Positions 54,246-64,000 of a stretch of 64,000 bases of DNA are shown piece after piece. How positions within the stretch are numbered: the first letter of the stretch is position 1; the number at the start of each line of letters is the position of its first letter. The notes under the pieces were generated by a model that had not been told where the DNA came from, ran no database searches, and saw only the letters and a list, made by a program, of their open reading frames with translations. A program made the position numbers and the translations under genes. The stretch is from Patescibacteria group bacterium UBA5532 (lineage in GTDB: Bacteria; Patescibacteriota; Gracilibacteria; BD1-5; UBA2023). The DNA lies in the NCBI GenBank assembly GCA_002426885.1, contig DINU01000003.1, positions 17,634 through 81,633 on the forward strand, given 5' to 3'.

Positions 54246-56681
54246 CTACTTTCTCTGGATCATCTTATAGAACTCGAGTACGTCACCTTCCATGACAACG
54301 ACGTCCCCCTTGAAGTTAATTCCGCATTCGTCCCCTGCCTCAACTTCGCGAACATCGAGTGGTCCGACCTTCAGATTCACGACTTCTCATGATCCGACTT
54401 TTTCTCCATTTCGGATGACTCGGACTTTTGCCCTATTCTCGACTTTTCCAGATGTGACGCCGAGTCCGATGATCATCATAGATTTATTTTTTCCTGTGAA
54501 AAATATCGCCTTCACCTCCGCGATACCGATATCCGTCGCATCATAGTGAATATCGATCATTCCGGTGATAATCGACTCGACTTTTTCGATGATGTGATAG
54601 ATGACTTTCTTATCGATATGCTCGATCTTCGAGCTCGAGAGGATGCTCTTCGCAGAGGGAACGACACCGACATTATACGAGATCAGGAGCGCCTGCGAAC
54701 TTCCAGCCATCATCACGTCAGACTGATTGACATCTCAGACAGCAGAGTGGATAAAAGTAACCTGCGTCTCGAGTGTCGAGAGTTTTCCGAGTGCCGTCTT
54801 CAGAGCCTCGAGCGACCCGACAGAGTCCGCTTTGAGGACGATCTTGAGCTGTTTCAGGGCTCATGACTTCAGACGAGTCATCAGCATTCCGAGCGATGCT
54901 CACTCGAATGAGTGGATCGATTTTCGTCATTTTGCCAGAGAAAATTCTCGTGTGCGTGCCTGTGCTGCCTCGAGCGAAGACATAACCTGCAGAATATCTC
55001 CTCATTCTACGATACTCGAGAGTCCAGTAATCTGTGCTGGGACTCATGGTCCGACCGCATCGATATTTTTTCATCGGAAATCCTTCAGTGTACGGACACG
55101 ACCAGATGAGTCAGTGATCACGACTGGATCACTCCGTCGAATCGTCCCTGTATTTACGAGAACATTGATGACTGGTCCGAGCTTCTGATCGAGATGTGCT
55201 TCGATAACAGTCGCGACTCATGGTCGATCAGGATTCGCTTTCAGCTCGAGCATATCTGCCGAGAGAAGGATCATATCGAGTAGAGTCTCGATCCCGAGTC
55301 CTGTATGTGCCGAGACTGGTACAAGGATCGTCGATCCACCCCATTCTTCTACTTGGAGTCCTTGCTCTGCGAGCTGTCACTTAATCAGCTCAGGATTCGC
55401 TCCAGGTTTATCCATCTTATTCATCGCGATGATAATCGGGATATTCGCTTCTTTTGCGTGATTGATCGACTCGATCGTCTGAGGCTTCATCCCTTCATCA
55501 GCTGCGATGACGATCACGGCGATATCTGTGAGCTTCGCACCACGAGCACGCATGATGGTAAATGCTTCGTGTCATGGAGTATCGAGAAAAGTAATCATCT
55601 GACCATTTCGTTCGACCTGATACGCACCGATCGATTGTGTGATTCCCCCTGCTTCTCCCTGCGCGACCTGTGTCTTACGGATGTAGTCAAGAATCGATGT
55701 CTTTCCATGATCGACATGTCCCATGATCGAGATCACAGGTGGTCGTGAGACGAGTGTCGCCGTCTCATCTTCTTTCAGAAGGTCTGTAATATCTTGATTC
55801 AGAAGGTCGGTGATGGATGCTGAGTCTGAGACTTCTTTCACGACACTGATCTGAAATGATTCCGCGATCAGGTAGCATGTCTCGAAGTCGATCGGTGTAT
55901 TCAGTGAGACAAGCATTCCACTTTTCATCATTTCTGCCATGATCTGTGAGAGTGGAACTCCGATCTTGTCAGAAAATTCTTTTACCGAGATCATATCTCC
56001 GATCGATACCGTCTGTCCAGTTCGATCGACCAGCACTTGCTTAATATCCTCGATCGATTTCTCTTTTTTCTTTCCATTCACTTGTCCTCGGCGGAAAGAA
56101 AGCTCCTTTTCTTGTCTCTCGGCACGCTTATCCTTCCGGTTTTTGGTGTCGAAATTCTTCCCATGTTTTGCGGATCCATCACGTTTCGGAGTATCGTAAC
56201 CGATATCTCGCTGAAAAATCGGCTTCGAATTATCACGAATCCGACTCGAATCCTCACTATTTTTTTGTTCGGAGCGAGGCTTTTTTCTGTGATCTTGGTC
56301 TTCCTTCGGGACCTGTACGACGGGACGATTCTCGAATTTCTTCGGCTGAATCTTCTCGAAAGAAATCGCCGGTCTCCGCTCTGGTGTCGATCATTTTCCA
56401 TGATCATTCCGAGCAGTATTCTGATCGGCATTTTCCCGGATCATCGACTGCATCAGCCCAGCGCTCGCATGCTCGCGCTTTATGAGTCTCGCTCACTGAT
56501 GTTTTGGTGCTTCCGGCTCTTTCGCGACTTCCGCTTCCTCGCTCGTCGGAGTGTCTACTTTTTTTGGCTTTATCTTCAGCTTAACTGGAGATCATTTCTG
56601 TGTCGCCTGAGATGTGTTCGCGCCCCCCTGTGTCGCCTGAGCGTAGTAATCATCTTGTATATTCTCAGATGATGAAGTCAT
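54246..56681 (-). CDS. infB: Translation initiation factor IF-2 (811 aa)
   Basis: Basic low-complexity N-terminus. G-domain motifs: [20 protein letters not shown] (G1), FLDTP[G]HEAF (G3, Gly = TGA at 55572-55574), IIAMNKMD (G4). C-terminus: ...[11 protein letters not shown]. All gaps 54717-55571 and 56082-56681 were checked in frame. TAG at 54246-54248. Confidence 0.93.
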
Positions 56682-56847
56682 GGAAAAAAATTATGAAAAC
56701 AGATGTCATCCCACACCAAAGCCCGAAATGACTCATCCCCCACACGAGAAAAATACGGAAAATACTTCTCTCGTGAAAGAATTCTTCAAGATAGTATAGA
56801 AAAGTATGAGAAAGTCAAAGGAGTTCATAACCTCAGGACTATCCTGG

Positions 56848-58395
56848 CTAAAGAAGCTCACGGAATAATTTTCATTGATCAGGATTTTCTCGGAAGAAGA
56901 CTTTGATACAATCTGATTCAGCGGGTGTCATTTCATAATCAGATTCGATGATCTGTATAAGAAGTGTTGCTATATTATCTGGGAGTCATCGGATCGCTCG
57001 TTCGAGCTCGTCCCGTTCCACGAGTAGCCCTGGTCATGGCGTATCACTTGCCATCTTTCATGCGATGTGATTCTCTATGTCATCAAGAGAGAGTGCTCCG
57101 TCCAGTATCCGATCAGGAAGTGTTCATTCCTCCTGGTATCGCCGCACTGATCTCTTGTTGCGTCGGAGGCATCGAAGTCAGAAGTATATCTGATGTTGAT
57201 CCAGATCGGGGAGCCGCTCGAAGAAGGTATCGAGTGGAAATATGGGTGCTACTTTTTCTTTTTTTCCACCACAATAACGATAGCGCATATAGTGAGTAAG
57301 GGATATTTCCCCCTCGAGAGAAAGTTCTTTCCATTCCTGAAGATATTGGTGTGCGCGTGGTACTGCTATAGGATGATTAGGATACTTCCACCGAGGGAAT
57401 TTTCGGGCTAATCGTAAGGTAAGTTTACGATGGAAATTATCTATATTTCACTTATGTCCGAGTTGCCATGCAAGTGATATGAATCACTCTGTTGAATTAT
57501 AGAAATCTTCCCTTCCCGCCACCACGGCAAGGACCTCTTGCTCCAGAGAGAGAATACGTTTTCATGTTGTGCTCGCCTGCAATGACCACTGCATTTGCGT
57601 CCCCACGTCTCTTGGAATAATCTTCCAGAGTTCTTGGAGGGACACAGTTAAAAGGTCGTGATCCTCAAGAAATACGAGAAGACCATCTCGTCCCTGATAT
57701 TTTTTTCTTTTACTCTCATCCAGGCTAGATAGAGACGAACACGCGGTACGTATCGTACCCACCTGTTCTGGTGAAAAAGGTGTCCAAGCACCCATAACTC
57801 TACGGACATACCTTGGAATGCGTGCAAAAAGGGTAGAAACTGAAATATTCAGTCCGCTATCCTGCACCCACTCTACCAATCCAGTTTTCGTGTTATATTT
57901 CTCTTTATTTTCCTGAATACGCTGCTCCGAATTCTTGGGAACAAGATCAGAGAATGCGTAATACATATCCAAAATTGCTCTGTATCCAGTATTCGTCCTC
58001 AAGCATATATTCGACAGGTGTGAAAGTTTCGCTAGTCTTGCTGAGTATTCCCCTGGAATCGCATAGTACAGATGTACATATCTCATGAATGTGACGGCAT
58101 TTCGTAGGAGTTCTCTCCCCTCTCCGAGATAGAGTTCCTGTCTTTTCTTTCGAGAATTTTCTGCTTGTTTCTTGCCTTTTCTCCTCGCTCTCTTATTTTT
58201 GATGTCATATTGCCTTATGTCGACTCATTTTCTCTGAAGAGTAACGTACGGATATGGCAACCTATCGAAGGGTACTCAGCTAACAAGTGCATGAAAGCGT
58301 TTCGCTGCTTCTTCCATGATTTCCGTGGGGATACTTTTTCCAGGGCTCGACACCCCCTTCCGCATATCCACACTTGCTTTCATTCTTGCTGACAT
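56848..58395 (-). CDS. Hypothetical basic protein (up to 515 aa), orphan
   Basis: Track ORF 57562-58086 extends in table 25 both downstream (11 TGA, to TAG at 56848-56850) and upstream (2 TGA, to the ATG at 58395). It has a K/R-rich segment DIKNKRARRKGKKQAENSRKKRQ. The C-terminal LVERDELERAIRGLPDNIATLLIQII is faintly reminiscent of sigma-70 region 4. The start is uncertain (other ATG codons at 58383, 58365, 58317 and 58086). Confidence 0.5.
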
Positions 58396-58520
58396 GTGTG
58401 AAGTTACAGTTTATGTATATCTCATATCTTATAATCAAAATTATAAATTATGCAAGTATTTTTGACATTGAAAAAAATGAATATTTCCTATACTTGCGCT
58501 CGTAATTTCATCTTATTTTT

Positions 58521-59201
58521 ATGCATTCATACGAAGTCGAGATAAAAGTCCTCCTGGGAGAGAAGGAAAGAAAAGATATATTCCTAGAAAAAGTCGAACA
58601 AGAATACCCGACACTAACCCTCAAACGTGCAGAATCACAGAGAAATCACTATTTCGAGGGATGATCCCCCGCGGATCTTCTCACACAGTTCGAGAAGTAT
58701 CTGAGTGATGAGAAGAAAAACTCGCTCTCACGACTCATACATGATGCGACAAGCTTCTCAGTGCGAACACGAGGGACGGATACACAGACGATCCTGGTCG
58801 TAAAGGCGACGATGAACGCCGAGACAAGTGCAAATGGGACACAGAGAATCGAGTGGGAAGCGGATTTGTTTCCGATGTCACTCGATACGATGGACACGCT
58901 CGTGCAAGAGGCCTGATTTTCATATCAGGCAAAATGGTCCCGAGACCGCGAGTCATATGCACTCGATCTCCATACACACCTAGATGTCGATAAGAATGCC
59001 GGCTATGGCTACATCGCAGAATTCGAAAAAGTGATCGAAGATGAAGGGAGCATCGACTCTGCTCGAGAAGAAATCCTCGCCATTATCGAATCACTTGGGT
59101 ATGAAGAACTTAATCAAGAACGCCTCGCTCGTATGTTTAATTTTTATAATACAAACTGGGGGGAATATTATGGGACAGAGAAAGTGTTTGTGATAGAGTA
59201 A
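58521..59201 (+). CDS. CYTH domain protein (CyaB/thiamine-triphosphatase-like triphosphate tunnel enzyme, 226 aa)
   Basis: Absent from the track. MHSYEVEIKVLL carries the E-x-E-x-K CYTH signature. Also ...FSVRTRGTDTQTILVVKATM...RIEWEADL...SRDRESYAL...HLDVDKNAGYGYIAEFEKVI. 2 in-frame TGA. TAA at 59199-59201. Confidence 0.75.
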
Positions 59202-59256
59202 TCGGAGGGAAAGTCCTACTTCATAAATTTCAGTTTTATTTTTTTATTTTTCTTCT

Positions 59257-60243
59257 ATGACTCAGCATCCAGAACAGCAATATCTCGATCTCGGACTCGA
59301 TCTGATCGAAAATGGAATCTATAATAAAGATCTCTGAGGTGGCGATGTAACGTATAGTTTTTTTGGGAGACAATTTCGCTTCGACTTTCAGGATGGATTT
59401 CCACTGCTGACGACGAAGAAAGTCTACTGGAAGTGAGTCGTTGCGGAGCTGATCTGGTTCCTCCGTGGAGACTCGAATATACGTTTTCTCGTAAAAAATA
59501 ACGTCCATATCTGGGATGACTATCCATATTACGCATATAATAGAAAAGTAGAGAAATGACTCGAGCCATCGATGACAAAAGAAGAATTTATCGAGAAAAT
59601 CGGAAATGATGAGGACTTCGCACGTGCACATGGGACACTTCCGAAGATATATGGTGAGCTCTGGCGTCGTTGGCCGACAAAAGACCCAGGACGAACGGTC
59701 GATCAGATTGCATGGATATTACAGGAGCTGACAGAAGATCCATATGCGCGGAATACATGTCTTTCTGCATGGAATCCAGAATATCTCTATACGATGGCAC
59801 TCCCAGATGAAGCGGCTCGGTATCCGATTTGTCATGGATTCTCACAGTACTCGATAAAAGAAGGGAAACTCTATGGACAGCTCTACCAGCGATCTGCGGA
59901 TATATTCCTCGGTGTTCCTTTTAATACAGCTTCTTACTCTCTGCTCGTACATATTCTTGCGCACCTTCTCGGAGTCGAGCCAGGAGGATTCATCCATACA
60001 TTTGGTGATGTCCATATCTATGAGAATCATATAGAACAGATGAAGGAGCAAGCGACTCGTACACCTCGTCCATTTCCGAAGGTCACGATCGATCCGAACC
60101 TGAAATCCATTGATGAGATTGATTTTCATCATATTATCCTCGAGTGATACGATCCATACCCGCCGATTAAGGCAGAAATGGCTTTTGTATGAGGGATGAC
60201 GGGACGAGAGAAAAAAGATGAGGAAGGAGGAGAGGTGCTCTAG
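59257..60243 (+). CDS. thyA: Thymidylate synthase (ThyA), L. casei/Bacillus-like long form; end shown assumes TGA read-through
   Basis: [19 protein letters not shown][G][16 protein letters not shown]...[12 protein letters not shown][G][14 protein letters not shown]...LSAWNPEYL...[11 protein letters not shown]...[27 protein letters not shown]...[12 protein letters not shown]...[15 protein letters not shown]. The TGA at 60190-60192 falls at the canonical C-terminus. The next true stop is TAG at 60241-60243. Confidence 0.9.
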
Positions 60244-60361
60244 GGCTAATATTTTACTTCATGTAATAAAGCACCTTAAAGTCAACCGTATTTTCCATGT
60301 GGCATTGCTTTTTCAGTGTTTCTGAAGAGAATGATTCTACTTTAATTTCTCAGTACAATCT

Positions 60362-61132
60362 ATGAAAAAAATCATTTACAGTGTACTTCTCGTACCATTC
60401 ATCCTCGCGTCATGTGGAACGACTGAAAAAATCGATATCAGCTCTGGCTCATCACTCAGCAGTGGAAGTGTGTTTCAGACGGGATCACTCTCAGACTCGG
60501 GAGCGGAGGTCTGCTCGACAGAATATTCTCCTGTCTGCGGACTCGATGGAAAAACATACTCGAATCCGTGTCTCGCATGAGATGTAGGACTTGCATATGT
60601 GGGAGCATGTACAGAAGCGACAGCGACTGGATCGACTGGTAGCACAACGACGGATGATACACCACTAGTCACGACTGGTACGATAACGACGACAGACTCA
60701 GAAAAAGATACACTCTCGACGGATACGACAACTCCAGATATGACAGTTCCGACGACACCCACACCCTCTACTCCGACAGTCGCATCGACTGGAGCTACAG
60801 GATCAGCGTCTCTCACAGAATTTGCATACTTTAATGAGCCATTTCAGTATGGATTTACCCTTCCAAGATATGTCTACTATCGTGGCTATGGACCATGAGA
60901 GAGTGCAGATCATACTCTCGCGATTGCTCTGACTGCAAGCGGTGTAGAGTCATTCAGTGCTGCCGATATACGTATCTATTACTATAAGAATACTCCTGCA
61001 AATCCAGAATCAGGGACACGGCTCACGCTCTCGAATGGAGCACTGGTCATCGTCCAGGAAGCGATCCCGAGTTCTCGTGCTGACGCAGTCGTGGCGATGA
61101 TACAGTCGACAGTCTATACGATGGATCAGTAG
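60362..61132 (+). CDS. Lipoprotein with an N-terminal Kazal-type serine protease inhibitor domain (256 aa)
   Basis: MKKIIYSVLLVPFILASC (lipobox). Kazal signature [33 protein letters not shown] (60512-60610). Then a T/S/P-rich linker and a C-terminal globular domain. Track ORFs 60362-60580 and 60599-60898 are joined by TGA. TAG at 61130-61132. Confidence 0.8.
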
Positions 61133-61641
61133 TTCGCAAGCCTCTTCACGACCTCACGATACTCCGGCATCCATCCGATCACCAGATTCCAGAAGGGTTT
61201 CTGGTGATTTTTTTCGAGAGTATGTGCAAGCTCATGATAGATGACTGCATCGATCACACGTCGCTTCTCTGGAGTATCGAGAAAATACGCAAGCCGATAT
61301 GAGAAACAGAGATGATTCTCGCGACTACAAGATCCCCATCGAGTTTTTGCACGCGTGACACGGACATGCTGGATCGGTGGAAGATGCTCCCCTTCGGCGA
61401 GCTCTCGGACACGCTTCTGAATATACGGCGTCAGCTGTGCACGCATTTCTCAGATATCTTCTTCTCACATACTCGGACGTGTCGTGTGAAGACGCTTCTC
61501 GATCCATGCGTGTTTCGATCGAACGAAGCGATCGATAAAAAATCTCGGAAAAAGAAAAGGTGCTCGCACGATGATTTTCCCCTGTCGTATCTGAAGTGCA
61601 AGCGTCTTACGGTGTGTACGGATAAGAGTATAGGTGTGCAT
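61114..61641 (-). CDS. M48-family (YgjP/DUF45-like) zinc metallopeptidase (175 aa)
   Basis: MHTYTLIRTHRKTLALQIRQGKIIVRAPF...RVTRAKTRWGSCS...VIYHELAHTLEKNH (H-E-x-x-H). Track ORFs 61465-61656 and 61126-61446 are in frame. TGA at 61126 is followed by 3 codons, then TAG at 61114-61116. Confidence 0.8.
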
Positions 61642-61649
61642 AGTTCGAT

Positions 61650-62390
61650 TTACCAATCTTTTTCTTCATTTCCAATTCCAGAGAGATTCTGGTAGAGTGC
61701 GTCGATCTGATCCTGATTTGCCGTCGTAGAATTATTTCCATAATAATCGGTAAATTCATCTTTTCGGGCATCGACTCGATAAATATCCTCGAGCGAATAC
61801 TGTACCTGCATTCGCTCGTCCTCCGTGAGTGGGCGAGTCATTCATGAGGCTGTGATACTCTCCCCATTCGAGTACGCAGTCCCAGACTTCGGCGATCACG
61901 CTCATGAAGCGGTCGACTCGTTCTGCGTCTCTCCATCAGCATCTCACTCAGAGAGGAGTGAAAGCACGAGTGAATACTTCGCATCCAGCTCAGGCGTATA
62001 TGTGATATCGATCGCCTGTCGATAGAGTCATTCAGCCTTTCTGAGGAGAATATCCTGAGTGGCGCTGATTTTTTCTCAGGGAAAATACTCTGCGAGAAAT
62101 CCGAGCATCATCTCATCAGCAAGCGATTCATCGATGCGCGCGTCGAGGAGTGTCGTCCCAGATGATACAAGTGGCTCGAGCGCAGAGATTTTTTCTCAGT
62201 CAGAAGAAAGGTAAATCGCATTATACTCGGCTCATCTCGCGAGTGTCGGATCGTGTATCTGGGAATAGTAGGCCGTATCCTGTGTCGTATTTCCGAGAAA
62301 GAGAAAAGCACTCCCGAGAATCTTTTCTCCATGAAGAAGAAAAAGAAAAAGTAGGAAGAAAATCGCGAAAAGAACAGAGAAACGCCACAT
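61650..62390 (-). CDS. Hypothetical membrane-anchored protein (246 aa)
   Basis: MWRFSVLFAIFFLLFLFLLHG anchor. The track ORF 61650-61841 and part of 62232-62513 are in one frame. The region between was translated by hand with 6 TGA. TAA at 61650-61652. Confidence 0.55.
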
Positions 62391-62392
62391 AA

Positions 62393-63241
62393 TTATGGAT
62401 GAGAAATGCGTGAGAATCGCGGAAAAAATAAAGTCGCGAGCGAGACAATGCTCGTGAGAAAAAGGAGAAAAAGCGCGTATCAGTAATTTTCTCTCGAGAA
62501 AATCCTCCTCCAAGAATCCGAATCTTCAGGATCGATCAGAGACAGTTCCGCTCCGCTCGACTTCGCAAGTGTCCTGAGAAATACGTCATTTCGAGCTGAG
62601 AGCACCTGTGCGCCATCGTACATTTTATATGTAGTCGCGCCCCATGTATCGCGCCCGAGAGGAATCGGCGTTCCCACTGTATTTCCGACTCACACGATCG
62701 TCACGAAGAGACGAGGATTGGTAATTTTTCTGGTAAATGTACTGCAATTATCACAGTCTCCCCCATCCGTGATCAGGACGATTCTCGTCGGGAGAGATGT
62801 ATCAGAAAACGTATCTATCGCGGTATCGAGTGCAGATGCGATATCACTTCCGCCTCCATATCGGATCAGCGGGATACTCTGTACGAATTGTGACACGACG
62901 GAATTACTCGAAGAAAAAGGCACGACCATGCGAGTATCGAGCGCAAAAAGTGAGACCGCATTTTCTCATGATGTACCAGATTCAATAATCCGACTCACAG
63001 AATCTTTTACGATCTCTATGCGCGTCGTCGTCCCAGTGCCGATCTTTTCTTCTGCACCCATCGAGAGCGACGCATCGATCAGCCAGAATGTGCGAATAGT
63101 GTTTTCTGTCGATCATCAGAGCGTGCCCCAGAGGAGAAAAAATAAAACCCCAGAGAGTATTACTCAGGACATGAGCAGGAAAATACGTTTTTTCTGGATT
63201 CAGAAATCCCACGCAGAAAATGACGGAAAATGAATTCTCAT
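62393..63241 (-). CDS. von Willebrand factor A domain membrane protein (BatA-like, 282 aa)
   Basis: N-terminal TM (ILSGVLFFLLWG). MIDAS motif WLIDASLSMG. Also ...RIVLITDGGD. C-terminal TM (YRLFLLFLTSIVSLATLFF). Track ORFs 62690-62929 and 62480-62677 are joined by TGA. TAA at 62393-62395. Confidence 0.75.
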
Positions 63242-63373
63242 GCGTGCATTGTATCGAAGTTCGCGACTCTTGCAATCGAGTTGCAAAAAAACGATGAATT
63301 CCTATAGTAAACAAACTAAAATAAGAGAATCTTCACTCATTATAAATTTAAAAAAACAAGTCAAGGACTTGTC

Positions 63374-63393
63374 ATTCCTGCGAATGCAGGAAT
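63374..63393. repeat. REP-like hairpin ATTCCTGC-gaat-GCAGGAAT
   Basis: 8-bp perfect stem inside gtcATTCCTGCgaatGCAGGAATccaggataaag. It lies in a 365-nt non-coding gap that also holds gtcatcctgagtgaaacgaaggatcc (63451-63476) and repeat copy B. Confidence 0.7.
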
Positions 63394-63533
63394 CCAGGAT
63401 AAAGAAGGAAAAAACTCGATTTTTTAAGAACAAAAAACAGGGAAAAGCGTGTCATCCTGAGTGAAACGAAGGATCCATATCCGTGTACGAACCAAAAGTT
63501 CAAATTTCCATGAAAAAGTTCTTTGCCAAGAAT

Positions 63534-63560
63534 CCTGGATTCCAGGATAAACCTGGAATT
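63534..63560. repeat. Short dispersed intergenic repeat, copy B (CCTGGATTCCAGGATAAACCTGGAATT)
   Basis: Matches copy A at 31996-32023 except for TG/CA and a 2-nt A-run length difference. Confidence 0.7.
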
Positions 63561-63606
63561 ATAAATATTTCGTCTTATTCGAGTAAAAATGCTATAAATT
63601 GGAATC

Positions 63607-63855
63607 ATGAAAAAAATCCTCATCTGGTCGATCACACAATATCAGAAATATCTCTCTCCCGATCATAGTGTCTGGGCGAAGCATAGCCATCGACTTCCCT
63701 ACTGTAAATACACTCCGACCTGCTCAGAATACGCGAAGGAATCGATCGAGAAGAAATGAGCTATTATCGGCTCAGGAAAAGCACTCTGGCGAATCCTCCG
63801 CTGTAATCCATGGAGTAAGGGTGGCTACGATCCAGTGGAGAAGAAGAAGGGGTAA
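63607..63855 (+). CDS. yidD: Membrane protein insertion efficiency factor YidD (82 aa)
   Basis: [50 protein letters not shown][G][26 protein letters not shown]. Family motifs Y-x-x-x-x-S-P, C-x-x-x-P-T-C-S-x-Y and R-I-x-R-C-x-P. 1 in-frame TGA. TAA at 63853-63855. Confidence 0.85.
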
Positions 63856-64000
63856 ATATTATCCTGTCCTGCTTGGTGAATTCAAAGAAGGAGAGAGAAT
63901 AAAACATTACCACCCCCCACAAAAGATCGGTTATATTATTGGGGGAATATTTTCGAGTATATTCTAACGTCCGAATGTATCATATTTTCAGCACTGTTAA

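Noticed and set aside
56037-56672. 211-aa plus-strand ORF
   Set aside because: It is antisense to the basic N-terminal region of infB.

Overview
This 64 kb window comes from a compact genome of roughly 45% GC that is decoded with translation table 25 (TGA = Gly). That points to a Gracilibacteria/Absconditabacteria-type member of the Candidate Phyla Radiation. The supplied standard-code ORF track is therefore fragmented. Conserved genes appear as 2-17 in-frame pieces separated only by TGA, and several real genes have no ORF of 60 aa or more. I re-read both strands by hand with TGA as sense and only TAA/TAG as stops. This resolves about 60 tightly packed CDS, many with 0-40 nt spacers or short overlaps. 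I found no rRNA, tRNA, CRISPR array or recognisable transposase. One operon encodes an AbrB-like regulator, an RND adaptor, an RND pump and an MFS efflux protein. Housekeeping genes are miaA, tgt, queA, infB, leuS, murC, thyA, yidD, RNase HI, malic enzyme, glutaredoxin and cardiolipin synthase. Envelope and glycan genes include a GT4, a cytidylyltransferase-cupin fusion, two large polytopic membrane proteins and a DUF4012-like protein. Transporters include AI-2E, MFS, EamA, MscS, LtrA and HdeD-like proteins. There are also many secreted or lipid-anchored orphan proteins: a 1256-aa surface protein, a Kazal-domain lipoprotein, a Cys-rich protein and a run of small Q/E-rich proteins. Four observations are the most unusual. 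(1) leuS encodes a 1452-aa LeuRS with three in-frame inserted enzyme modules (GNAT, Nudix, Ham1/ITPase-like). (2) A 293-aa beta-helix repeat gene with 16 TGA codons is invisible in the ORF track. (3) A 1.5 kb AT-rich island carries a 433-aa orphan. (4) TGA codons sit at or next to expected C-termini, most notably in ThyA. All family calls rest on motif recognition by eye; no database search or computation was possible.
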